DNA from: Escherichia coli
GTDB taxonomy: Bacteria; Pseudomonadota; Gammaproteobacteria; Enterobacterales; Enterobacteriaceae
Direction: 5' to 3' (one strand)
Assembly (NCBI RefSeq): GCF_003334385.1
Contig: NZ_QOWN01000013.1
DNA: 64,000 nucleotides
Shown one piece after another: positions 1 through 10,494 of the stretch. The position numbers and the translations under genes were made by a program. Under the pieces are notes generated by a model. That model did no database searches. It was not told the origin of the DNA and saw nothing but the letters and a program-made list of their open reading frames with translations. Each line of letters starts with the position of its first letter. Positions within the stretch are counted from its first letter, which is position 1.

Positions 1-182
1 CAGAACGGCTATTCCATTCGAAGGTGAGCGCCATAATGCACTTGATGACGCCCGTTACCAGGCAAAATACGTTTCAGCTATCTGGCAAAAACTGATCCCA
101 AATCAGGCTGATTTTTAATGTTCAACCCCGGTCGTTGCCCACCAGCTATAGTGGCGGCGACCATGATTAGCGAACGACGCTC

Positions 183-431
183 ATGGCAAGACTTATTCTG
201 CTCACTGAGTGGGCAAAAGAGGAATTCAGTGAACCGGTCCCTACTCCGAGTACGTTAAGTAAATACGCTAAAGCCGGAATGATATTTCCTCTCCCCAAAA
301 AAGTTGGAAGACGCTGGCGAGTGGATCCGCAAGCTCGCTTTGTCGGAATGGTAAACAAGCCGGAGGTGATCGCCACAGATCACCCTGCTTTGAAGAGGAT
401 ACTGGAAGATGGCGCGCCCGCGAAAATATAA
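183..431 (+). CDS. Excisionase-like small DNA-binding protein (Xis family)
   Basis: 82-aa ORF directly upstream of and overlapping the integrase start. It is basic, with an LTEWA...IFPLPKKVGRRW motif resembling lambda Xis (LTLQEW...IFPPPVKDGRE). Confidence 0.55.
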   Translation: MARLILLTEWAKEEFSEPVPTPSTLSKYAKAGMIFPLPKKVGRRWRVDPQARFVGMVNKPEVIATDHPALKRILEDGAPAKI

Positions 432-1539
432 AACCGATGTTCCGGGATTATCTCCGTATTTTGACAAAAGAAATAACAAAGTTTACTGGCGTTACAGGCA
501 TCCCATAACAGGCAAAAATCACGGTCTCGGCAGTATTGACCAGAAACTGGCAGAAACTATTGCAGCAGAAGCGAACAGCCGTCTTGCCCGGCAGCAAATG
601 GAACAAATGCTCAGTCTGCAGGAGAAAATTATTAGTGATACCGGCGGTTCATCAACCGTTACCATTTTTCTGAATAATTACAGAAAAATTCAACAGGAAA
701 GATATGAAAACGGCGAGATCAAACTCAACACGCTGAAACAGAAAGCGGCCCCTCTCAGGGTATTTGATGAACGTTTTGGCACCAGACCGTTAGATGCCAT
801 AACCGTAAAAGATGTGGTATCAGTACTGGAAGAGTACAAGGCCAGAGGACATAACAGAATGGGACAAATTTTCAGGAAAGTACTGATCGATGTTTTCCGG
901 GAAGCTCAGCAAACGGGCGATGTCCCGCCAGGCTTTAACCCTGCAGAATCGGCAAAAAAACCGCAGGTGCGGATATCAAGACAGCGACTGACTTTTGATG
1001 AGTGGATGATGATTTATAACGCAGCGGAAAAGAATGGTTACTTTTTACAGCGCGGTATGCTGCTGGCACTGATGACAGGCCAGCGCCTTTCAGATATTTG
1101 CAAAATGCAATTTTCGGATATCCGGGATGGTTATCTTCATGTCGAACAGCAAAAAACAGGAACCCGGATTGCCATCCCTCTGGCTCTGCGTTGCGATAAA
1201 TTAAATCTCACCCTGGATGATGTAGTGTCATCCTGCCGCGATTGCGTTCTTAGTCCGTGGCTATTGCACCACCATCACGCGAAAGGGACAGCTAAGCGCG
1301 GCGGGATGGTTAAGCCAGCAACATTAACCGTTGCATTTAAAAAAGCCCGGGATTCTGTGGATTACAACTGGCGTGCTAATGGCACCCCACCCTCTTTCCA
1401 TGAGCAGAGATCTTTATCAGAGCGATTGTTCAGAGAGCAGGGGGTTGATACCAAAATTTTGCTAGGCCATTCGAATCAAAAAATGACCGATATTTACAAC
1501 GATGTACGCGGTAAGGAGTGGAAAAAACTGGTCATTTGA
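409..1539 (+). CDS. int: Phage-type tyrosine integrase (lambda Int family)
   Basis: 376-aa ORF whose C-terminal catalytic region reads ...GQRLSDICKMQFSDIRDGYLHVEQQKTGTRIAIP...HEQRSLSERLF...LLGHSNQKMTDIYNDVRGKEW, collinear with lambda Int (R-K-H-R-H-Y signature region). Confidence 0.85.
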   Translation: MARPRKYKTDVPGLSPYFDKRNNKVYWRYRHPITGKNHGLGSIDQKLAETIAAEANSRLARQQMEQMLSLQEKIISDTGGSSTVTIFLNNYRKIQQERYENGEIKLNTLKQKAAPLRVFDERFGTRPLDAITVKDVVSVLEEYKARGHNRMGQIFRKVLIDVFREAQQTGDVPPGFNPAESAKKPQVRISRQRLTFDEWMMIYNAAEKNGYFLQRGMLLALMTGQRLSDICKMQFSDIRDGYLHVEQQKTGTRIAIPLALRCDKLNLTLDDVVSSCRDCVLSPWLLHHHHAKGTAKRGGMVKPATLTVAFKKARDSVDYNWRANGTPPSFHEQRSLSERLFREQGVDTKILLGHSNQKMTDIYNDVRGKEWKKLVI

Positions 1540-1545
1540 TGACCA

Positions 1546-1579
1546 GTTTTGCAGAAGAGTTTTGCAGAGGTTTTGCAGA
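1546..1579. repeat. Three direct repeats of GTTTTGCAGA (1546-1555, 1559-1568, 1570-1579) between the int stop and the ompW stop
   Basis: Seen directly in the sequence. Their position next to the int 3' end matches where arm-type Int-binding sites sit in lambda attP (P' arm). Confidence 0.45.
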
Positions 1580-1584
1580 GAAAA

Positions 1585-2238
1585 TTAAAAACGATATCCT
1601 GCCGAGAACATAAACACCCACGGGTCAAGGCGTACATTGTCGCTATAACTGCCTTTAGCCAGTTTACGACCATCAGATTTATACTTCGCGGTGGTATCGA
1701 TATCCATGTACCACACTGACATGTTAACCAACCAGTCACGGTTAATCAGATAATCAACCCCCACCTGCCCGGCAGCTCCCCAGGAATCTTTCAGACTGAG
1801 ATCGGAAAGCCCTGCCTCTTTGCCATGATCGTTAAATCCATTATCAAAGAAGGTGGTGTAGTTAATACCTGCCCCAACGTAAGGACGGAATTTGCTGCTG
1901 GCATCACCAAAATACCACTGCGCCATCAGTGTTGGTGGCAGATGATGAACGGTTGCAATATCGCCGGTCGCCCGGGTGCCGATTTTATGGCGGAACGGCG
2001 TCGCTGCCAGTAATTCCACACCAATGTTGTCGGTCGCCATATAAGTAAACGTAAGGCCCAGTTGCGTGTTATTGGTCACGCTGAATCCACCCAGACTTCC
2101 TAACGTACCACCAGCACCTTCTGTTGGACGTACGGTTGCAGAACCTGCACGCATAAAAAATTCGCCTGCTTCATGCGCAAAGGCACTGCCAGAGAGAAGA
2201 GTTGTTACTGCCAAAGCCGCCACTGTTAACTTTTTCAT
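1585..2238 (-). CDS. ompW: Outer membrane protein W
   Basis: 217-aa ORF with signal peptide MKKLTVAALAVTTLLSGSAFA and OMP C-terminus ...FSAGYRF, in conserved synteny with yciCBA-tonB. Confidence 0.93.
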   Translation of the reverse strand: MKKLTVAALAVTTLLSGSAFAHEAGEFFMRAGSATVRPTEGAGGTLGSLGGFSVTNNTQLGLTFTYMATDNIGVELLAATPFRHKIGTRATGDIATVHHLPPTLMAQWYFGDASSKFRPYVGAGINYTTFFDNGFNDHGKEAGLSDLSLKDSWGAAGQVGVDYLINRDWLVNMSVWYMDIDTTAKYKSDGRKLAKGSYSDNVRLDPWVFMFSAGYRF

Positions 2239-2341
2239 ATCCGCTCCGTCGTTATGGTTATAAAAACGTGACGAATATACCTACATTGGAGTAACAAATG
2301 ATCCTACATAGATCACATTACATATGATAATTCACCCTTTA

Positions 2342-2400
2342 TTGATCTGGATTAATTTAGAAGTTGCATTGAGAATCCTGGTTAATGTGATTTAAATCAA
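2342..2400 (-). promoter_or_regulatory. ompW promoter region with two FNR-type sites (TTGATctggATTAA at 2342-2355; GTGATttaaATCAA at 2387-2400)
   Basis: Both match TTGAT-N4-ATCAA with one mismatch each and their centres are 45 bp apart. ompW is a known FNR-activated gene. Confidence 0.45.
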
Positions 2401-2594
2401 TTTTTAAATATTTTCGCTACGCAAATATTAACTCGGTCGCCACTTGCCGCGATTTGCCCATGCCTGAAGGCCAGCAATTACCTCCGCTTTACAAAGATAT
2501 GCTTTTCCATACAAGACCTGATGCTGCCACCCGAGGCTTAACCAGGGTACAATTGCCCGCTAATTAACACCTGCATAAAACTCAAGGAGAGTGC

Positions 2595-3338
2595 ATGTCT
2601 ATCACGGCGCAGTCCGTATACCGTGACACCGGAAATTTCTTCCGTAATCAATTTATGACCATTCTGTTGGTATCGTTGCTATGTGCGTTTATCACAGTGG
2701 TGTTAGGGCATGTTTTCTCACCCAGTGATGCACAGCTTGCGCAGCTCAATGACGGCGTGCCCGTTAGCGGCAGTAGTGGGTTGTTCGACCTGGTTCAGAA
2801 TATGTCACCGGAACAGCAACAAATTTTGCTGCAGGCTTCAGCGGCGTCCACTTTTTCAGGATTAATCGGTAACGCCATTCTCGCCGGAGGCGTAATATTA
2901 ATTATCCAGCTGGTGTCTGCGGGTCAGAGAGTCAGTGCGCTGCGAGCTATTGGTGCCAGTGCGCCGATATTGCCAAAGTTATTTATTCTGATTTTTCTGA
3001 CTACCCTTTTAGTACAGATTGGCATCATGCTGGTGGTCGTTCCGGGAATTATCATGGCCATTTTACTGGCCCTGGCACCGGTGATGTTGGTACAGGACAA
3101 AATGGGCGTTTTTGCCTCGATGCGTAGCAGTATGCGGCTGACTTGGGCGAATATGCGTCTGGTGGCACCCGCAGTACTGAGCTGGTTGCTGGCAAAAACA
3201 CTGTTGCTGCTTTTTGCCTCTTCTTTTGCCGCATTAACCCCGGAAATTGGTGCCGTACTGGCGAACACCTTGAGCAACCTGATTTCAGCCATATTGCTCA
3301 TCTATCTGTTCCGCCTGTATATGTTGATTCGCCAATAA
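2595..3338 (+). CDS. yciC: UPF0259 inner membrane protein YciC
   Basis: 247-aa multi-TM ORF in conserved K-12 synteny. Confidence 0.9.
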
Positions 3339-3367
3339 CCTTAAGCATTTGATTACGGAATCGTAAA

Positions 3368-3907
3368 ATGAAGCAGTTTCTTGATTTTTTACCGCTGGTT
3401 GTCTTTTTCGCGTTTTACAAGATTTATGACATCTATGCGGCTACTGCGGCGCTGATCGTCGCCACGGCGATTGTGCTTATCTATAGCTGGGTTCGCTTTC
3501 GTAAGGTTGAGAAGATGGCCCTGATCACTTTTGTTCTGGTGGTCGTCTTCGGTGGCTTGACGCTGTTCTTCCACAATGATGAGTTTATTAAATGGAAGGT
3601 TACAGTCATTTATGCTCTATTTGCGGGAGCCCTGTTAGTCAGCCAATGGGTGATGAAAAAGCCGCTAATTCAGCGGATGCTGGGTAAAGAACTCACGCTG
3701 CCGCAACCGGTATGGTCGAAGCTGAATCTGGCCTGGGCTGTTTTCTTTATCCTTTGCGGTCTGGCAAACATCTACATCGCATTCTGGCTGCCGCAAAATA
3801 TTTGGGTCAACTTTAAAGTCTTTGGCCTGACCGCCCTTACCTTAATCTTCACATTGTTAAGCGGTATCTATATCTACCGCCACATGCCGCAGGAAGATAA
3901 ATCCTAA
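3368..3907 (+). CDS. yciB: Inner membrane protein YciB (intracellular septation protein A family)
   Basis: 179-aa membrane ORF, synteny. Confidence 0.9.
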   Translation: MKQFLDFLPLVVFFAFYKIYDIYAATAALIVATAIVLIYSWVRFRKVEKMALITFVLVVVFGGLTLFFHNDEFIKWKVTVIYALFAGALLVSQWVMKKPLIQRMLGKELTLPQPVWSKLNLAWAVFFILCGLANIYIAFWLPQNIWVNFKVFGLTALTLIFTLLSGIYIYRHMPQEDKS

Positions 3908-4011
3908 CCAGACTGCCAGTCCTTCGGGGCTGGCGCTGTATCTCCTCTGTTCTCCTCAGGAAAATCATAGTAGCATCGCGCCTGTGATTTTCCTTTTAAG
4001 TCGGTTTTACC

Positions 4012-4410
4012 ATGTCTACAACACATAACGTCCCTCAGGGCGATCTTGTTTTACGTACTTTAGCCATGCCCGCCGATACCAATGCCAATGGTGACATCTT
4101 TGGTGGTTGGTTAATGTCACAAATGGATATTGGCGGCGCTATTCTGGCAAAAGAAATTGCCCACGGTCGCGTAGTGACTGTGCGGGTTGAAGGAATGACT
4201 TTCTTACGGCCGGTTGCGGTCGGCGATGTGGTGTGCTGCTATGCACGCTGTGTCCAGAAAGGGACGACATCGGTCAGCATTAATATTGAAGTGTGGGTGA
4301 AAAAAGTAGCGTCTGAACCAATTGGGCAACGCTATAAAGCGACAGAAGCATTATTTAAGTATGTCGCGGTTGATCCTGAAGGAAAACCTCGCGCCTTACC
4401 TGTTGAGTAA
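4012..4410 (+). CDS. yciA: Acyl-CoA thioesterase YciA
   Basis: 132-aa hotdog-fold thioesterase ORF, synteny. Confidence 0.92.
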   Translation: MSTTHNVPQGDLVLRTLAMPADTNANGDIFGGWLMSQMDIGGAILAKEIAHGRVVTVRVEGMTFLRPVAVGDVVCCYARCVQKGTTSVSINIEVWVKKVASEPIGQRYKATEALFKYVAVDPEGKPRALPVE

Positions 4411-4416
4411 TAGTCA

Positions 4417-4443
4417 AAAGCCTCCGGTCGGAGGCTTTTGACT
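4417..4443. terminator. Bidirectional rho-independent terminator between yciA and tonB
   Basis: Perfect inverted repeat AAAAGCCTCCG-gtcg-CGGAGGCTTTT flanked by A/T runs on both sides. Confidence 0.65.
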
Positions 4444-4449
4444 TTCTGC

Positions 4450-5169
4450 TTACTGAATTTCGGTGGTGCCGTTAATTTTAAACAGGATATTCACCACAAT
4501 CCCACTGCCTGGCTTACCCGGCTCATAACGCCATCTGCGCATCGCATTTTTCACCTCACGCTCAAACATGTTCGCAGGCTTGGCTGAGAGGATTTGTACG
4601 TTATCCACGCGACCATCCGGCGTAACGTCAAATTTAACTTTAACCTGCCCTTCAATGCGCAATGCCTGTGCTCGTGCCGGATACTGCGGCTGATTATGGC
4701 TTAATGCGCGTGGTCCTGAAGCCACACTGGTAACCGGCTTGCTGGTTGCAGCCGTTGCTGTACTTGATGTCAGGCGTGCCGGTGCCGTATTTTCAAACGG
4801 TGATGCCGGACGCGACTCTACGGGTTTGACATCGCGTTTTGGCTGCTCCTGTACCTTTTTCACCGGCTTCGGTTTTGGCTTAGGTTTCGGCTTCGGCTTT
4901 TCAATGACCACCGGTGCTTCTTTTGGCGGTTCGGGGATCGGCTCAGGTTCCGGTTCTGGCTCTACCACCGGCTCCGGTGGCGGCTGAACGGCTTGTGGCG
5001 GTTCGAGATCAGCAGGCGTAACCATCGTGACAGAAATCGGCTGCGCAGGCGCAGGTAGTTCAATAACCTGATGTACCGAGGTATAGAGCAGACCCGCCAC
5101 AACAGCACCATGAATGCAGACCGAAAGTAACGTCGGCCAGGGGAAGCGGCGAGGTAAATCAAGGGTCAT
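4450..5169 (-). CDS. tonB: TonB energy transducer
   Basis: Start set at MTLDLPRRFPWPTLL (239 aa); the ORF track extends 17 aa further upstream. Contains the characteristic (EP)n and (KP)n proline-rich repeats. Confidence 0.95.
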   Translation of the reverse strand: MTLDLPRRFPWPTLLSVCIHGAVVAGLLYTSVHQVIELPAPAQPISVTMVTPADLEPPQAVQPPPEPVVEPEPEPEPIPEPPKEAPVVIEKPKPKPKPKPKPVKKVQEQPKRDVKPVESRPASPFENTAPARLTSSTATAATSKPVTSVASGPRALSHNQPQYPARAQALRIEGQVKVKFDVTPDGRVDNVQILSAKPANMFEREVKNAMRRWRYEPGKPGSGIVVNILFKINGTTEIQ

Positions 5170-5392
5170 TGAAGTCATAATCATTTCAGTAGAAAAACCA
5201 GGTCTCGATTTTAAATGCAAATAGCAATCATATTCAATAAGGCAAGACGATCAGGATCAGTGAAAATGTCATTTTTGGCGTAATTACCCTTACTTTATGC
5301 ATGGCCTTAACAAAGACATCATCTTTCCGTTGCAGATCTTCGCCCTTTCAAATAACGTACTTTACAACTTTCCCGAACAAGGAGTTGTGCCC

Positions 5393-5689
5393 GTGTTGTA
5401 TGTTATTTACGCTCAAGACAAAGCTGATAGCCTCGAAAAACGCCTTTCCGTTCGTCCGGCACATTTAGCACGTTTACAGTTACTGCATGATGAAGGTCGT
5501 TTGTTGACAGCTGGTCCAATGCCAGCGGTAGACAGTAACGATCCAGGGGCTGCGGGATTTACTGGCTCAACCGTTATTGCTGAATTTGAATCGCTGGAAG
5601 CAGCTCAGGCCTGGGCCGATGCTGACCCGTACGTAGCGGCAGGAGTCTATGAACACGTTTCAGTGAAACCATTTAAGAAAGTGTTCTGA
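5393..5689 (+). CDS. yciI: YciI-like protein (Dabb-fold)
   Basis: 98-aa product from a GTG start at 5393 preceded by AAGGAG; the ORF track's 130-aa version starts upstream. A terminator hairpin follows (CACGGTTtttgcAACCGTG). Confidence 0.85.
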
Positions 5690-5988
5690 ATAGAGATTCA
5701 ATATTTAAGGGCACGGTTTTTGCAACCGTGTTCTTGTTTGGCCTTTCCTTATAGCCGGTCAGTGCATTCACCACCACAAGCAGATAATAACTTTATCTGT
5801 ATTTCTTTATATGATGTGAGCATATTCAGGAAAAATGACCTTTCCTGAGGTACAGTTGCTCGCTCAAATCCTTTGATTACTGCGGATAAAGTCATCTACT
5901 ATTGTTTAACACATTCACGCGCTGCATGTATGTTCAGAAAATGTGCACGCTAAGATAATTAAACAAAATTGTGGTTACAGAGGTATCA

Positions 5989-7242
5989 GTGAGTCACTGG
6001 GCTACATTCAAACAAACAGCAACAAATTTATGGGTGACCCTTCGGCACGACATTCTCGCGCTGGCCGTCTTTTTAAATGGATTGCTTATTTTTAAAACAA
6101 TCTATGGTATGTCGGTCAATTTGCTTGATATTTTCCATATCAAAGCATTTTCAGAGTTGGATCTCTCCTTGCTGGCAAACGCCCCACTCTTTATGCTCGG
6201 CGTCTTTCTTGTCCTGAACTCCATTGGCTTACTGTTCCGGGCAAAGCTCGCATGGGCAATCAGTATCATTTTGTTGTTGATAGCGCTAATTTACACCCTG
6301 CATTTTTATCCCTGGCTGAAATTTAGTATTGGATTTTGCATTTTTACGCTGGTGTTTTTGCTGATACTGCGCAAAGACTTCTCCCACAGTAGCGCCGCAG
6401 CCGGGACAATTTTTGCATTTATTAGTTTCACGACATTACTGTTTTACTCAACCTACGGTGCGCTTTATTTAAGCGAAGGTTTTAATCCGCGAATAGAAAG
6501 TTTGATGACCGCGTTCTATTTTTCGATAGAAACCATGTCAACCGTCGGCTATGGCGATATTGTCCCTGTTTCTGAATCAGCACGATTGTTCACTATTTCG
6601 GTCATTATTTCCGGCATTACCGTTTTTGCCACATCTATGACCTCAATTTTTGGTCCGCTTATCCGCGGGGGATTCAACAAACTTGTAAAAGGAAACAATC
6701 ATACAATGCATCGTAAAGATCATTTTATTGTTTGCGGACATTCGATTCTCGCCATCAATACGATCCTGCAACTGAATCAACGCGGACAAAACGTAACGGT
6801 TATCAGCAACTTGCCTGAAGATGATATCAAGCAACTTGAGCAACGCTTAGGCGATAATGCTGATGTTATCCCCGGTGACAGTAATGACAGTTCTGTATTA
6901 AAGAAAGCGGGAATCGATCGTTGCCGGGCCATTCTGGCGCTGAGTGATAACGATGCAGATAACGCGTTTGTTGTACTCTCGGCAAAAGATATGAGCAGTG
7001 ATGTCAAAACAGTTCTCGCCGTCAGTGATAGCAAAAACCTGAATAAGATTAAGATGGTACATCCGGATATCATTCTCTCACCGCAACTGTTTGGCAGCGA
7101 AATTCTGGCGCGAGTTTTAAATGGTGAAGAGATTAATAATGATATGCTCGTTTCAATGTTGTTGAACTCAGGTCATGGTATTTTCAGCGATAACGATGAA
7201 CTAGAAACGAAAGCTGACAGTAAAGAATCGGCGCAAAAATAG
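5989..7242 (+). CDS. kch: Voltage-gated potassium channel Kch
   Basis: 417 aa from a GTG start (MSHWATFKQ...). Has the TVGYGD selectivity-filter motif and a C-terminal RCK/TrkA domain. Confidence 0.92.
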   Translation: MSHWATFKQTATNLWVTLRHDILALAVFLNGLLIFKTIYGMSVNLLDIFHIKAFSELDLSLLANAPLFMLGVFLVLNSIGLLFRAKLAWAISIILLLIALIYTLHFYPWLKFSIGFCIFTLVFLLILRKDFSHSSAAAGTIFAFISFTTLLFYSTYGALYLSEGFNPRIESLMTAFYFSIETMSTVGYGDIVPVSESARLFTISVIISGITVFATSMTSIFGPLIRGGFNKLVKGNNHTMHRKDHFIVCGHSILAINTILQLNQRGQNVTVISNLPEDDIKQLEQRLGDNADVIPGDSNDSSVLKKAGIDRCRAILALSDNDADNAFVVLSAKDMSSDVKTVLAVSDSKNLNKIKMVHPDIILSPQLFGSEILARVLNGEEINNDMLVSMLLNSGHGIFSDNDELETKADSKESAQK

Positions 7243-7296
7243 AGTTTAAAGACGGAAGAGTAAACTTATTGGGCACCGCAATGGTGCCCAGTACAT

Positions 7297-7470
7297 TTAG
7301 ATATTGTAGATCGCAAACAATAACGAGTTACGCTGTTTGTTTAGAATGCACTTCCTGATGCTGTGGATACGCATATTTCGGCGCGATTGCCCCTCAAGCC
7401 AACGCGATTTACGTCGGCTAGCCTGACGCTGCATGCGCCAGCGCCCCACTTCCGTTCTACTCCGCTTCAT
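7297..7470 (-). CDS. yciY: Small basic protein, probably YciY (57 aa)
   Basis: Internal Met of the 94-aa track ORF gives a 57-aa arginine-rich peptide MKRSRTEVGRWRMQRQ... in the kch-cls intergenic region. The YciY assignment is from memory of its length and location only. Confidence 0.4.
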   Translation of the reverse strand: MKRSRTEVGRWRMQRQASRRKSRWLEGQSRRNMRIHSIRKCILNKQRNSLLFAIYNI

Positions 7471-7612
7471 GTTAACTACTCTATGCAATAACAGAATGGT
7501 CATTATACCCCCACCCCCGACGCTGACCAGTGCTTTTCCCGCGTTTTTATTTGCCAGATGAATCCATATGCGTAAACTCATAACAATGCGCTTTCAAAAG
7601 GATTTCTAATCT

Positions 7613-9437
<1,825 letters not shown>

Positions 9438-9456
9438 ATAATCGCTTTTAGCGTGA

Positions 9457-9490
9457 AAAAGGGCTGACAACTGTCAGCCCTTATTGTTTT
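9457..9490. terminator. Bidirectional terminator between yciU and oppF
   Basis: Inverted repeat AAAAGGGCTGACA-actg-TCAGCCCTT followed by a T-rich tract. Confidence 0.5.
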
Positions 9491-10494
9491 TAAAGCGGAT
9501 CGACTTTCAGGCAAGAAACGGCGTGTCTGAAACTCCCCTCCAGAACAGGACGTGTTTTGGCGCACTCTGGACCGGCAATCGGGCAACGGGTACGGAAAAC
9601 ACAACCGGAAGGCGGGTTGATCGGCGACGGTAATTCCCCTTCCAGTAACTGGATGGTTTTGTTCTTCTCCAGATCCGGATCAGGTATGGGGACTGCCGAC
9701 ATCAATGCCCTGGTGTAAGGATGTAGTGGATTGTGGTAGACCTCATCATAGGTCCCCAGTTCTACCGCATGGCCGAGATACATCACCAACACACGATCGG
9801 AAATGTGTTTTACCACGGCCAGGTCATGAGCGATAAAAATTAATGACAATCCCATCTCACGTTGCAATTGCTGGAGCAGGTTGACCACCTGTGCCTGAAT
9901 TGACACGTCCAGCGCCGACACCGGCTCATCACAGATAATCAGCTTCGGTTCAAGAATAAGAGCACGCGCAATCCCGATACGCTGGCACTGCCCACCAGAG
10001 AACTCATGCGGATAGCGGTTAATCAGGTTAGGCAATAACCCGACTTTCAGCATCATCGCCTTCACGCGCTCGCGAACTTCCTGGCGTGACATTTTCGGAT
10101 GATAAGTACGCAGTGGTTCAGTGATGATCTCGCCGATGGTCATACGCGGGTTTAGCGATGCCAACGGATCCTGGAAAATCATCTGAATATCACTGCGAAC
10201 GGCACGCCATTCATCGGGTTTCATGCCCAGCAACTCTTTACCTAACCAGGCAACATGACCGTCGGTCGCCTTGACCAAACCGATGATGGCGCGAGCAAAG
10301 GTGGACTTACCGCATCCCGATTCCCCTACCACACCTAATGTTTCCCCTTCATACAGGCGAAGAGTGACACCATCGACGGCTTTGAGCGTTTTCGGCGGTT
10401 GCCAGAACCACTGTTTGCCATCTTTGATTTCAAAGTGCACTTTAAGATCGGCGATTTCAAGGAGGACTTTTCTTCCTTCAGTTACAGCATTCAT
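9490..10494 (-). CDS. oppF: Oligopeptide ABC transporter ATP-binding protein OppF
   Basis: 334 aa with Walker A (GESGCGKST) and ABC signature (LSGGQ-like FSGGQCQR). Confidence 0.95.
   Translation of the reverse strand: MNAVTEGRKVLLEIADLKVHFEIKDGKQWFWQPPKTLKAVDGVTLRLYEGETLGVVGESGCGKSTFARAIIGLVKATDGHVAWLGKELLGMKPDEWRAVRSDIQMIFQDPLASLNPRMTIGEIITEPLRTYHPKMSRQEVRERVKAMMLKVGLLPNLINRYPHEFSGGQCQRIGIARALILEPKLIICDEPVSALDVSIQAQVVNLLQQLQREMGLSLIFIAHDLAVVKHISDRVLVMYLGHAVELGTYDEVYHNPLHPYTRALMSAVPIPDPDLEKNKTIQLLEGELPSPINPPSGCVFRTRCPIAGPECAKTRPVLEGSFRHAVSCLKVDPL

Larger units (their letters stand above)
1..1584. mobile_element. Right end of a prophage or integrative element (xis-int module plus putative att arm); the element continues upstream beyond the window
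   Basis: Lambda-type excisionase and tyrosine integrase ORFs are followed 45 bp later by the stop codon of the core gene ompW. K-12 as I recall it has yciE at this position instead. Confidence 0.6.

Noticed and set aside
167-479. Minus-strand ORFs of 69 and 74 aa overlapping xis and the int start
   Set aside because: Antisense to the better-supported xis/int frames and lacking features of their own.
4739-4987. 82-aa Gly/Ser-rich plus-strand ORF inside tonB
   Set aside because: Reverse-complement reading of the TonB proline-rich (EP)n/(KP)n repeat region.
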